Source of the DNA: Patescibacteria group bacterium
GTDB lineage: Bacteria > Patescibacteriota > Patescibacteriia > UBA9570 > JAHJKD01
Assembly (NCBI GenBank): GCA_043798935.1
Contig: JAZDOC010000017.1
Coordinates: 64,381 to 128,380 of the forward strand
Direction of reading: 5' to 3'
DNA length: 64,000 nucleotides
Part shown: piece by piece, positions 1 to 9,320 of the stretch
Position numbering within the stretch: position 1 is the first letter of the stretch
Layout: each line of letters begins with the position of its first letter
Made by a program: the position numbers and the translations under genes
Notes under the pieces: model-generated
The model's database searches: none
Told to the model about the DNA's origin: nothing
What the model saw: the letters and a program-made list of their open reading frames with translations, nothing else

Positions 1-41
1 AAGGTTTAGATGATTTATTAGCATCAAATCCAGATACTGCT

Positions 42-1430
42 TTGATAGTACCGGATAATTTTTCTGATAGATTCAATAATATGCAACGAATATTTAGAAG
101 CGAGAAACAATTAAGACAAGCACCGCCAGAACAAGCTGAAAAAAGAGAAAGAACAAAAATTATTCAAGCCGAGCCCTTCAAAGTGGGTGAAAAAAGATAT
201 GTTAAAATAAAGGATCGTATATTTGATATTACAAGAGGTGCACTATCTATACCGGCTGATGTCGATGGTACGTTAGATTTAAGAAAATTGCATCGTCAGA
301 TTAGCGAGTTATACATTGGTGCCAGTAGGGCTGACAGTTTGCTTTTACCTGAAGGTGTAACCGACATTTATTTACCATCTATCAAATCTTTAGACGGATT
401 AAGTTTACCTAAACGTATATTTGAATTTGATTTCGATGAACCACTAAGTCCTGATGTGCGCATATTCGTACGGCCTGATATTGAAAAAAGCCATATCCAA
501 GCTTATGTGCATGCTTTAGAAAAAGATCGCGGTCATGTTATGGTTGGTCAAATTGGCGATCCTTCCAATCGGGGAGAAATAACATGGACAGACGCAGAAA
601 ACGATCATCCATATGTTCAGCCCAAAACAATTACCGGTGAAGATTTATATAAAAGATTTTTTTCTCAGACTTGGCAGCGAGCTTTTAGGCCACGGGAAGA
701 ACAGGCTACGGGCTCAGCGCCTGCAGAATATAGAGATGTTTTAACGGCCATGGTTTATGAAAAAGTTCGTTCCGGTTGCGGTTATTGGAGTGATTGTTTG
801 CCGGCTGAATTGGCTAGAAAAATTTATGTTGATTTAGTGAACCAAGTATTAGAATTTAAAAAAGGCTCTCCGGGTGCAGTATTTAAAAAACAAATGGACG
901 CTAAATCATTAAAAGATAAAACTTGGGAAGATGTAATAAAAGAGAGCATAAAAAAGCAAGGACGAAGAATTTTAGACACTGTTGATTATTTTCATGATAC
1001 TTTTTTAGATCCCCTTTTAATATCATTTCAAGAAGCTGGTGATGATGCTAATGAAGACCTAGAAGGAAGTTTTTTTCAGCACGACGAGGCTTTATTTGAA
1101 AGTTTTACACGAATGGTTGGAAATGAGTATGCCAATACCGTATATGATATTATTAATAAAACAGTAAAGGCAGATTATGGATTTTGGAATAATTTTGAAC
1201 CGTCGGCTACAGCGCGTAAAATTTTAAAAGATGTAATAGATAAAATAGATTTAGAGAAAACAAGAATGAAACAAGAGTCAAGTAAATTTAACGAGCAAAG
1301 ATGCTATGGACAAACGTTGTCGGAATTTATTATGGAACGAGAGTATGAACATAGTTCTTCGAAAAGAAAAAAGGCAATGAATGCAATAGAGGCTTTGGCA
1401 TCAATCCGACAAGCTGTGCAATCAAGCTAA
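42..1430 (+). CDS. Hypothetical protein (462 aa); start uncertain and possibly upstream of the window
   Basis: Long ORF with a short LRR-like stretch (TLDLRKL...LLLPEGVTDIYLPSIKSLDGLSLP); no recognisable family. Confidence 0.75.
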   Translation: MIVPDNFSDRFNNMQRIFRSEKQLRQAPPEQAEKRERTKIIQAEPFKVGEKRYVKIKDRIFDITRGALSIPADVDGTLDLRKLHRQISELYIGASRADSLLLPEGVTDIYLPSIKSLDGLSLPKRIFEFDFDEPLSPDVRIFVRPDIEKSHIQAYVHALEKDRGHVMVGQIGDPSNRGEITWTDAENDHPYVQPKTITGEDLYKRFFSQTWQRAFRPREEQATGSAPAEYRDVLTAMVYEKVRSGCGYWSDCLPAELARKIYVDLVNQVLEFKKGSPGAVFKKQMDAKSLKDKTWEDVIKESIKKQGRRILDTVDYFHDTFLDPLLISFQEAGDDANEDLEGSFFQHDEALFESFTRMVGNEYANTVYDIINKTVKADYGFWNNFEPSATARKILKDVIDKIDLEKTRMKQESSKFNEQRCYGQTLSEFIMEREYEHSSSKRKKAMNAIEALASIRQAVQSS

Positions 1431-1560
1431 TTTTTAATTTTAATTTTAATTTTAATTTTTTATTAACGGTTAACCCGGTCAACTAACAAAACACTATTTA
1501 ATAAGGTGCGCAGAATCTGGCCTTGCCTAATAAAATCAAACTAGAAAATAATATAAGTAT

Positions 1561-1716
1561 ATGGATCAAAAAGATAAAATTCAACCAGAAAATACAGACA
1601 ATCAAATAGTCGAAGAAAAAAAGAATAATTCCAAAAAAGTAATTTTTTATCCCAGTATCGGTAATGTTGGTGGCCGGCTGGTTACTAAAAAAATAATTTC
1701 TGAACCGGAAAATTAG
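1561..1716 (+). CDS. Small hypothetical protein (51 aa) not in the ORF track
   Basis: Manual translation ATG1561..TAG1716: MDQKDKIQPENTDNQIVEEKKNNSKKVIFYPSIGNVGGRLVTKKIISEPEN; co-oriented with both neighbours. Confidence 0.5.
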   Translation: MDQKDKIQPENTDNQIVEEKKNNSKKVIFYPSIGNVGGRLVTKKIISEPEN

Positions 1717-1780
1717 AAATTGAAAATTTAGTGAAAATTGTAAAATCAATAATTGAAAATTAAATAATAATAATAAATAT

Positions 1781-4700
1781 ATGACACCTTATGAAGATGA
1801 TAAAATAAAATCAAAGCCTACGCGAATACATGACAGTACTACAAAAGATGGCACTGAAAGAAGGTTTGGCCAAGCTGAACCAGTTCGACCACCGCTTCCT
1901 GAAACATTGCGACCAACTGCAGCCGCAGCCGCAGAGACTCTTGAACATGCCGCCGCCATAGCTGATGGAGTGCCTAAGGATGCTGGCATGTTTGCAATAC
2001 CGGAGGATTTAACTGAAAGCGAAGACGTTGATGATGGCCTTCTCTTTGAGACAACGTTTTTGTCGCCGAACGAAGCGAGGCCACTACAAGCAGGGGTGGC
2101 ATCACAAAGGGAACGGGAAGACGAACCTGCGACAGATCCAAATATTGAAGAGAAAGTAAATGAATCAGAAGAGACACAAGCAGACGCAGAACAACCAGTG
2201 GCAGAAAGAGCCAGAGATGCCCGCCAAGCTATTGGAGATAAATTAATAAAAGTACTTTCATTATTAGAAGGTGATAATTTAAATTCAGTAATTAGCCAGA
2301 TAGAACAAAATAAACCCGATTTTTGGGCTGGCCTTCATGGCCGCGGGCGTGAGGTTAAAGATAAATTAAAAAGATTCGGTGGCGCCAAGCGGATGATTAA
2401 AAATATTATAAGGCGTTTATATGAAACTGTAATAGAGCCACGAAACGAACCAAGTACAGATGCACACTTAAGTGTGATTAATATCAATTTGTTCGACGAT
2501 CAATCTATTATTGCGTTTACTGAGAAAATAACACAATTAGAAGAAGCATTAAATAGCTTAATCACTTCACCAACAAACACAGCCGAAGGCGGCGAATCGA
2601 CAACGGAACAATCGTCTGCCCAAATACCAGCAACAGTGGATTATACAGAAGTAATAGCGAAAATTTTAGACAGTGCAGGAACAATTCATGAAGCAGAGGA
2701 TTTTATTAAAAGAGAGAAATTTTATCGAGAGCAAGCGTTTGTTTATTTATATGATGGCAGGCATGATTCGAGAACAGGAACATGCTTTCATTCCAGTTGT
2801 AATTTTCGTACTGATATTAATTATGATGTCCGTGTTAGGGACTGGCATAATGCTGCACAGAGGGAAAGCCAGCATTGGTGTCTCTTTTCAAATTATGAAC
2901 TGCAAGCCTCAGACAACTATGATTATCGGCTGGAAGCATTTAATTTAAATAAATTATTTGAAGTTTACGGCCATGAGAAAATACATGCTTTAGCAGAGAG
3001 GATTTTCGATAGATTTCATAATTCAGCTAAATATTTTCATGACGGCCAGGAAGCGGCTGATCCTTTTTTACGATCTCCAGGCTGGGTTTACAAAGAGCTG
3101 GTTAAACATTTTGGTGAACTACAAACAAGCAAAAAGGCTGATCCAGCAACAGCTAGGGCCGATGAGCTTCCTAGCATTGAAGAATTATTTTCCGAACAAG
3201 TGCAACAGCAAATGGTTGACCGCGCTTTAGGACAGGAAGTTTATAATAGTAGAACACATTATGGATTGGATGCTGATTTGAAGAAATTAGAAGGTCATGA
3301 AAATTATACAGCTATATCTGCGCAATTTCGAGAAGCTAATGATGGTCAAGATATTAGTGCTCATGGGGTGATATTACAAGAATTAGGAAAGCTGGTCGGT
3401 GAAGCGTCGCAAGAGGTTTATATCGGTAAGCAACTTCAGGGTTTAATAGATTTTTTGCAAGACGATTATAAATTAACACGCTTAGCCCAGGCAATTGAAA
3501 AAAAAGCTAAGGGTGGTTTTTTGGGTCGATTTAATAAAAATCAAGCTAGAATTCTAGAAACTATTAAAAAAGAGGGTGGCGCCATGATCATGCTGCGAAA
3601 TTTGAAAAAGAGCCTGCTTGAAGTGCAAGAGAAAATGAAACAGTTGAACAGAGCTGAAACTAATGATTTTGCCGGCAACATTGCTGAATTAAAAAAGGCT
3701 ATTGGTGCCATGGATGCTTCAGATACAGAAATTAAAAAAAGCTTGATAGTAGTGGTTGACAATCTAGAATATTTGCAAACGTTAAACGAGAAAACCAAGA
3801 AACAAAAAGCCTTAGCTGAATTGCCGCCGGACAATCATAAATATTCGATTTCTGAAAGCCGGCTCCCATCTTCAGATAAAAAACCACCTGCTTTTGCAGT
3901 AAAAATGAGGGATTCATTGGATAGAAACATTAAGTGTTATTATGGTGAGGGTGGCGATCGAGAGCAGATCGGTATAGATTTTACTAGTCGAGCTAAGCAA
4001 TTAATTAAACAGTATGAAAAAACACAACCTAAAATAAAAGAGAATAGAATTGCTTTTGTGCAGAAGCGGAAAGAAAAAGCAAGTGATTTATATGACGCAA
4101 CTTACACACAGTTATTAGAAGAAGAAAATTCTTTAATGAGGGCAATTGATGGTCATTTTGCAGATATTACTTTTCAAACCGGATTGTATCACGCCGATCA
4201 TATGGGTTTAGTGATGAAACAAATGGAAAACAGCCAGCGGCGTTTGCAGGAAGTGCATCGTAAATGGCAGGCATTAGCTAAATTCGATATTGAATCACCA
4301 GAACCAGAACCAGACCAAGAAACAGATGAAGTAAAAAAAAGAGAAAGATTCGAGTCGTTATTTAAGCAAACAGTCGCTTCTCCGCTGGAAGGTGATAATG
4401 AAGACAGAAGAGATGTGGCAGAGGAATTAAGACGTATTGTTGTTGTAAGTCGCGAGCAGGCAGCCTATATTGCGCGAGAGAAAGATAAAATTTATGAACA
4501 AGAAAAAGCTGGCCGCTTAACTAGAGGGCAAGCTAAAAAGGCTATAGATTCTTTGGATCGTTCTGTTTTTACAACCATAGATTTAGAAATAAGATATAAA
4601 GATGTTTTAGAACGCGCATATAGCCATTTGCCGGCTGAAAAACGAAAGTGTGCTGTAGAGGCTGAAATGGCTTACTTAAAAGGCGTGATTCAACAAACAA

Positions 4701-5128
4701 ACAGCGACGTTGAACAAGAAATAATGAGCCAAAGCAAGATGTACCGTGCGAAAAAGAAGTTAGGCATAATATCAGGCGAAGTAGCTTCAGGAGCATGGCG
4801 GCTAGCCAAAAAGCCGTTTGGTTTTGCAGACCGCGTCATTGATGCCGGGCTTGTATCAGGTGGTGTAAAAGCTTGGGGCGTTAAAGAAGCGATAAAAAGA
4901 TCAGGCGCAAAGTTCGAAGATTCGGCTAGAAAAATGTTGAGCGAACAAGGGCCTGTTGTACAAGAAAAAATAGGCAACGCTCTCATTAAAGCAATTGATA
5001 GATTAGCAGAATATTTAAAAAGAAAACCAGCTGAAAATATTGGCAATGAGGAAGGGGCTGAGACTGAGCCATCAACAGAATCAGAGCAACCCAAAAATGA
5101 AGGAGATAATAGTGAACCGCAAGCATAA
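1781..5128 (+). CDS. Large hypothetical helical/coiled-coil protein (1115 aa) with an internal ~70-aa repeat
   Basis: Long ORF, acidic low-complexity termini, duplicated segment IGDKL...GGAKRMIKNI / IGKQL...GGAMIMLRNL. Confidence 0.85.
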   Translation: MTPYEDDKIKSKPTRIHDSTTKDGTERRFGQAEPVRPPLPETLRPTAAAAAETLEHAAAIADGVPKDAGMFAIPEDLTESEDVDDGLLFETTFLSPNEARPLQAGVASQREREDEPATDPNIEEKVNESEETQADAEQPVAERARDARQAIGDKLIKVLSLLEGDNLNSVISQIEQNKPDFWAGLHGRGREVKDKLKRFGGAKRMIKNIIRRLYETVIEPRNEPSTDAHLSVININLFDDQSIIAFTEKITQLEEALNSLITSPTNTAEGGESTTEQSSAQIPATVDYTEVIAKILDSAGTIHEAEDFIKREKFYREQAFVYLYDGRHDSRTGTCFHSSCNFRTDINYDVRVRDWHNAAQRESQHWCLFSNYELQASDNYDYRLEAFNLNKLFEVYGHEKIHALAERIFDRFHNSAKYFHDGQEAADPFLRSPGWVYKELVKHFGELQTSKKADPATARADELPSIEELFSEQVQQQMVDRALGQEVYNSRTHYGLDADLKKLEGHENYTAISAQFREANDGQDISAHGVILQELGKLVGEASQEVYIGKQLQGLIDFLQDDYKLTRLAQAIEKKAKGGFLGRFNKNQARILETIKKEGGAMIMLRNLKKSLLEVQEKMKQLNRAETNDFAGNIAELKKAIGAMDASDTEIKKSLIVVVDNLEYLQTLNEKTKKQKALAELPPDNHKYSISESRLPSSDKKPPAFAVKMRDSLDRNIKCYYGEGGDREQIGIDFTSRAKQLIKQYEKTQPKIKENRIAFVQKRKEKASDLYDATYTQLLEEENSLMRAIDGHFADITFQTGLYHADHMGLVMKQMENSQRRLQEVHRKWQALAKFDIESPEPEPDQETDEVKKRERFESLFKQTVASPLEGDNEDRRDVAEELRRIVVVSREQAAYIAREKDKIYEQEKAGRLTRGQAKKAIDSLDRSVFTTIDLEIRYKDVLERAYSHLPAEKRKCAVEAEMAYLKGVIQQTNSDVEQEIMSQSKMYRAKKKLGIISGEVASGAWRLAKKPFGFADRVIDAGLVSGGVKAWGVKEAIKRSGAKFEDSARKMLSEQGPVVQEKIGNALIKAIDRLAEYLKRKPAENIGNEEGAETEPSTESEQPKNEGDNSEPQA

Positions 5129-5201
5129 TATGTTATGACCTGGCTTGCCCAGGTCAGAAAAGTGTAAGAGATATCTTGTCTCTACAGATGCATACAACCG
5201 T

Positions 5202-5230
5202 TTGACACAAAAACTAGCTTATGTTATATT
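5202..5230 (+). promoter_or_regulatory. Sigma70-type promoter of rpsO
   Basis: TTGACA (5202-5207), 17-nt spacer, TGn-TATATT (5225-5230). Confidence 0.7.
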
Positions 5231-5259
5231 AGCTTTGCTTTTTTAATTAATAAAATAAC

Positions 5260-5311
5260 TTCCATGCCTTGGCTTAGGGCCATGAAGCACGCTAAGGACT
5301 CGGGTATGGAA
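5260..5311 (+). promoter_or_regulatory. Structured rpsO leader (putative S15 autoregulatory element)
   Basis: TTCCATGCC...GGGTATGGAA outer stem and CTTAG/CTAAG inner stem, just before AAGGA and the rpsO ATG. Confidence 0.55.
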
Positions 5312-5324
5312 CAAAAGGAAAACT

Positions 5325-5597
5325 ATGATTACGAAACAGCAAAAAGACAACATTATTAAGAAATTCGCCACCAAAAGTGGTGACACCGGTTCCCCGCAGG
5401 TGCAAGTAGCCTTATTAAGCTATGAAATCACCGAGCTTAGCCTGCACTTGCAAGCTCACAAAAAAGATCATTCTTCTCGCCGTGGTTTGCTTAAAAAAGT
5501 AGGCCAAAGACGTCGCTTATTACGCTATTTAAAGAAAGAAAATCTTGCCGAATACGAGAAATCAATCAAAGCTTTAAAGCTTAAAGACACTATATAA
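5325..5597 (+). CDS. rpsO: 30S ribosomal protein S15
   Basis: DTGSPQVQVALL...HKKDHSSRRGLLKKVGQRRRLLRYL signature. Confidence 0.98.
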   Translation: MITKQQKDNIIKKFATKSGDTGSPQVQVALLSYEITELSLHLQAHKKDHSSRRGLLKKVGQRRRLLRYLKKENLAEYEKSIKALKLKDTI

Positions 5598-5653
5598 TTA
5601 GTGTTTTTTAGTTATTATTATAATTTATTCTACTAAATTGGGTTGAATATTGA

Positions 5654-6259
5654 ATGTCGGGTAAAAAAAGCAACAATTCGAATAAAAAATCAGGCTTATA
5701 TGTAATATTGTTTATTGTTATGTTGGGCCTGATTTTTGTTTATTATTCAAAAAATACGTCGTCAGTTAATAATAATAATAATATTAATATAAATAGTGTT
5801 AATAATGTAAATGATACGCAAAGCAGTAATGAAAATAATGCAGGTAATGAAAATGTTAATAGTAGCGATAACCTAAAGGTTAATTCAAATGTAAATGTAG
5901 ATGCTGGCGGAGAGCCAATAGCGCGACCACAGCCAAACACTAATATTATTATCCGCGGATATGATAACATTAGAAAAACCGGTACGGGTGAAATAGAAAC
6001 ATTAGATTTAGGCGGTGGAAATACCATTAGTATTATGCCTCAAGAGCTAGAAGGTATGGTTCGGAGTAGTTTGGGAGCGATTAAAGAAGAGCATATTGTA
6101 GTAGCGGGCAAAGAAGCCGTCCGTTTAACTGGCGAGAGTGCTAAAGATGGATCGTCCGTGACCTTTGTTTTATTAAAAAATCAAGATAAGCTTTATCACT
6201 TTAAAGGTGCTGACGCTTTTATTGATAATTTAAATAATATAATAGAATTTAACAATTAA
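5654..6259 (+). CDS. Membrane-anchored hypothetical protein with Asn-rich linker
   Basis: N-terminal TM helix, N/S/V-rich spacer, small globular C-terminal domain. Confidence 0.8.
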   Translation: MSGKKSNNSNKKSGLYVILFIVMLGLIFVYYSKNTSSVNNNNNININSVNNVNDTQSSNENNAGNENVNSSDNLKVNSNVNVDAGGEPIARPQPNTNIIIRGYDNIRKTGTGEIETLDLGGGNTISIMPQELEGMVRSSLGAIKEEHIVVAGKEAVRLTGESAKDGSSVTFVLLKNQDKLYHFKGADAFIDNLNNIIEFNN

Positions 6260-6269
6260 TTAATTTTTT

Positions 6270-6353
6270 TAGCCCGCAGACATGTAGACTCTTGAAATTC
6301 AATGAGTCTGAAGTCTGCGGACTAGAAATCGGCGCTAAACTTTTAGCTCCGAT
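6270..6353 (+). promoter_or_regulatory. Long stem-loop plus a second hairpin in the pnp leader
   Basis: CCGCAGAC/GTCTGCGG and AGACTC/GAGTCT stems (6270-6324); ATCGG-GCTAA/TTAGC-CCGAT hairpin (6328-6353). Confidence 0.6.
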
Positions 6354-6362
6354 CCAAAAACT

Positions 6363-8528
6363 ATGAACCAACCAAAAAAATTCGAGCTCGAATGGGCTGG
6401 AAAAAAACTAATTATCGAAACCGGTCAATTAGCCGGTTTAGCGAACGGTTCTTGCAAAGTGCAATATGGCGACACTGTGGTGTTAGCCACGGCTTGCATG
6501 AGTGAAGAACCTCGCCCCGATGTCACTTATTTTCCATTACAAGTGGAATATAGGGAAAATTTATATGCGGCCGGTATTATTTCCGGTTCACGTTTTATAA
6601 AAAGAGAAGGTCGTCCATCCGACAAAGCCATCTTAACTTCGCGTATTATCGATCGATCAATCCGTCCTTTATTTGATGAAAAAGTAAGAAATGATATTCA
6701 AGTTGTTGTTTCTGTTTTATCGGCCGACGGAGAAAATGAGCCGGATGTGCCTGGTTTAATCGGTGCTGTTTGCGCATTGAATTTATCAGACATTCCATTT
6801 AACGATCCTTTAGCGGCTACAGCCATTGCTTTACAAGCTGATGGCCAGATGATTGTAAATCCAACTTTTAAAGAAAAAGAAAGCGCTAAAGCAAATTTTT
6901 TCATTTCCAATAATGGCGCCGATGTGGTAATGATTGAAACCGACGCCAAAGAAGCGCAAGAAGATGAAACATATAAGGCTATTGAATATGCGGTCGAAAA
7001 CACAAAACCGGTTTTAGAATTACTAAGCAAGATAAAAGCTGAAATTGGCAAACAAAAACGTGCTATTCAAGTGCAAGAATATGAACCCGAAGAAATTGCC
7101 AGAAGAGAAATGATCGATCAGAAAGTTCAAGCTTTTACCAAAGAAGCTTTTATTAGGTTTTATGGCATTACCGATAAACATGAACGCCGTCGCATGGAAA
7201 AGAAGCTAAAAGCCGAATTGAGATTGCAAATTCCCAAAGATGAAGAACCTCATGCTTTTGAACTGTTTGAAAAATTTATGGAAAAAGAATGTCGACGAGT
7301 AGTACTAGAAACCGGCAAACGCATTGACGGTCGCGATTTAGACGAAATTCGTCCGTTAAGCACAATCGTTGGCGTTTTGCCGCGAACTCATGGCAGTGCA
7401 GTTTTCGAGCGTGGCGAAACGCAAGTATTAAGCGTTGTCACATTAGGTTCTCCTGGTGATGAGCAAACTGTTGACGGCATGGAAGGCGAAGGCAAGAAAC
7501 GCTATATGCATCATTATAATTTTCCTGGTTTCAGCGTGGGTGAAACCTCTCCTTTTCGTGGCCCGGGTCGTCGTGAAATTGGTCATGGTGCTTTAGCTGA
7601 AAAAGCTTTAATTCCAGTATTGCCAACCAAGGATGAATTTCCTTATACTATTCGCGTCGTGAGCGAAGTTTTAGCCTCGAATGGTTCATCTTCTCAGGCA
7701 TCAGCTTGCGGTTCAACCATGGCTTTATTAGACGCTGGCGTACCGATTAAAAAATTAGTCGCCGGTATTGCTATTGGCTTGATTACCGATGACACCGACA
7801 GAAATATTTTTAAAGTTTTAACTGATATACAAGGCGTCGAAGATCATGCTGGTGATATGGATTTTAAAGTTGCCGGTACCAGAGATGGCGTTACAGCCGT
7901 GCAATTAGACATTAAACTAGGCGGAATCAGTTTAATAGTGGTAAAAGAGGCTTTACAAAAAGCAAAAGTTGCTCGCATGCAGATATTAGATGTTATGCAG
8001 GCAGTTTTAACCGAACCCAGAAAGGAATTATCGCCTTATGCGCCACGCATTAAACAAATTAAAATTAATCCCGACAAAATTCGCGATTTAATTGGCCCAG
8101 GTGGTAAAGTAATTAATGAAATTATTGATGCGACCGGTGTGGCCATAGATATTGAAGATGACGGAAGCGTATTTGTAACTTCGGTTTCAGCCGAAGGCAT
8201 GAAAGCCGCTTTAGAGCGCATTAATGGTATCACCAAAGATGTCGAAGTGGGTGAGATTTATGAAGGCGAAATTGTAAAAATCGTCCAAGACAGAAACACC
8301 GGAGCCGATATTGGTGCGATCGTGCAATTAACGGCCGGCCACGATGGCATGGTGCATATTTCCCAAATTGCTATGGAAAGAGTCAATAAAATTCAAGATT
8401 ATGTAAAATTAGGCGAAAAGATTAAAGTAAAAGTAATGAAAGTTGATAAAGAAAAAGGTCGAATAGAATTATCTCGTAAAGTTTTATTAAATCAAGCAGG
8501 CAGTTCCGAGTCAAAAAAAGATTTTTAA
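6363..8528 (+). CDS. pnp: Polyribonucleotide nucleotidyltransferase (PNPase)
   Basis: Two RNase PH domains (RREIGHGALA, SNGSSS, GDMDFKVAGT), KH (IGPGGKVI) and S1 domains. Confidence 0.98.
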   Translation: MNQPKKFELEWAGKKLIIETGQLAGLANGSCKVQYGDTVVLATACMSEEPRPDVTYFPLQVEYRENLYAAGIISGSRFIKREGRPSDKAILTSRIIDRSIRPLFDEKVRNDIQVVVSVLSADGENEPDVPGLIGAVCALNLSDIPFNDPLAATAIALQADGQMIVNPTFKEKESAKANFFISNNGADVVMIETDAKEAQEDETYKAIEYAVENTKPVLELLSKIKAEIGKQKRAIQVQEYEPEEIARREMIDQKVQAFTKEAFIRFYGITDKHERRRMEKKLKAELRLQIPKDEEPHAFELFEKFMEKECRRVVLETGKRIDGRDLDEIRPLSTIVGVLPRTHGSAVFERGETQVLSVVTLGSPGDEQTVDGMEGEGKKRYMHHYNFPGFSVGETSPFRGPGRREIGHGALAEKALIPVLPTKDEFPYTIRVVSEVLASNGSSSQASACGSTMALLDAGVPIKKLVAGIAIGLITDDTDRNIFKVLTDIQGVEDHAGDMDFKVAGTRDGVTAVQLDIKLGGISLIVVKEALQKAKVARMQILDVMQAVLTEPRKELSPYAPRIKQIKINPDKIRDLIGPGGKVINEIIDATGVAIDIEDDGSVFVTSVSAEGMKAALERINGITKDVEVGEIYEGEIVKIVQDRNTGADIGAIVQLTAGHDGMVHISQIAMERVNKIQDYVKLGEKIKVKVMKVDKEKGRIELSRKVLLNQAGSSESKKDF

Positions 8529-8547
8529 TAATTAATTTTTTATAGTT

Positions 8548-9105
8548 ATGGGAAAATTATTTGTTATTACCGGGCCTTCTGGTGCCGGCAAAGATAGCGT
8601 TATTTATAAAGCTAAAGAATTAGGCTTAAATTTTTCTCAGGTGGTTACTACCAGCACTCGCGAAATAAGAAATGGCGAATCCGAAGGACACCCTTATTAT
8701 TTTATTACACGCGAGAATTTTCAAAAGAAAATCGACGGCAGCCAAATGATTGAATGGGCCGAGGTTTATGGCAACATGTATGGCAGCAGTAAGGAAGAAG
8801 TAGAAAGCAAAATGCAAAATGAGCCGGTTGTGGTAGTTAAAGTAGACCCACAAGGTGCCAGAACTTTCAAAAAAATGGTACCGGAATGCATTACTTTGTT
8901 TATTATGCCGCCTTCTTATGAGTATTTGGAAAAAAGGTTGATTAATCGTGAAACCGATACCAAAGAGGTTATTAAACAGCGCTTAGAAACAGCTCGTAAA
9001 GAATTGGAAAATCTGCTTGACTGGGATTATTTGGTAGTAAATGAAGAAGGAAAGTTAAAAGAAGCTGCTTTGGAAGTTAAAGAAATTGTTGAAAACAATA
9101 TTTAG
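8548..9105 (+). CDS. gmk: Guanylate kinase
   Basis: GPSGAGKD P-loop; TTSTREIRNGESEGHPYYF; EWAEVYGNMYG. Confidence 0.96.
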   Translation: MGKLFVITGPSGAGKDSVIYKAKELGLNFSQVVTTSTREIRNGESEGHPYYFITRENFQKKIDGSQMIEWAEVYGNMYGSSKEEVESKMQNEPVVVVKVDPQGARTFKKMVPECITLFIMPPSYEYLEKRLINRETDTKEVIKQRLETARKELENLLDWDYLVVNEEGKLKEAALEVKEIVENNI

Positions 9106-9115
9106 ATTTTTTAGG

Positions 9116-9174
9116 CCCTGAATTTATTCAGGGTACTAGAAAATAATATGCACGGCCCCGAATTTATTCGGGGC
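9116..9174. repeat. Doublet of CCC(C/T)GAATTTATTC(G/A)GGG hairpins
   Basis: CCCTGAATTTATTCAGGG (9116-9133) and GCCCCGAATTTATTCGGGGC (9155-9174); related hairpins at ~18483 and ~63594. Confidence 0.75.
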
Positions 9175-9184
9175 TTATATTTTT

Positions 9185-9245
9185 TGTGGATAACTTGTTC
9201 ACATGTGGATAAGTTATAAATTATAATAATACATAGTTATTAACA
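9185..9245. promoter_or_regulatory. DnaA-box cluster
   Basis: Perfect TGTGGATAA (=TTATCCACA) at 9185-9193 and 9204-9212; degenerate TTGTTCACA 9195-9203 and TTATTAACA 9237-9245. Confidence 0.65.
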
Positions 9246-9285
9246 CATTTTTTGGCTAATGTAAGATAAATTTTATAACATATTA

Positions 9286-9314
9286 TTGACGTAGTGTCAT
9301 ATATCTGATATATT
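9286..9314 (+). promoter_or_regulatory. Sigma70-type promoter of the candidate ncRNA
   Basis: TTGACG (9286-9291), 17-nt spacer, TGn-TATATT (9309-9314). Confidence 0.6.
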
Positions 9315-9320
9315 TAATAT

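Noticed and set aside
1498-1749. 83-aa minus-strand ORF
   Set aside because: Probably the shadow of a co-oriented 51-aa plus-strand ORF (1561-1716) and an AT-rich repeat tract
5136-5185. Hairpin TGACCTGG/CCAGGTCA and a GTAGAGAC-like REP remnant after the 1115-aa gene
   Set aside because: Single degenerate occurrence with no T tail; too weak to assign
9185-9245. Replication origin oriC
   Set aside because: No dnaA/dnaN nearby, and genes on both sides are on the same strand; cannot be supported without whole-genome skew
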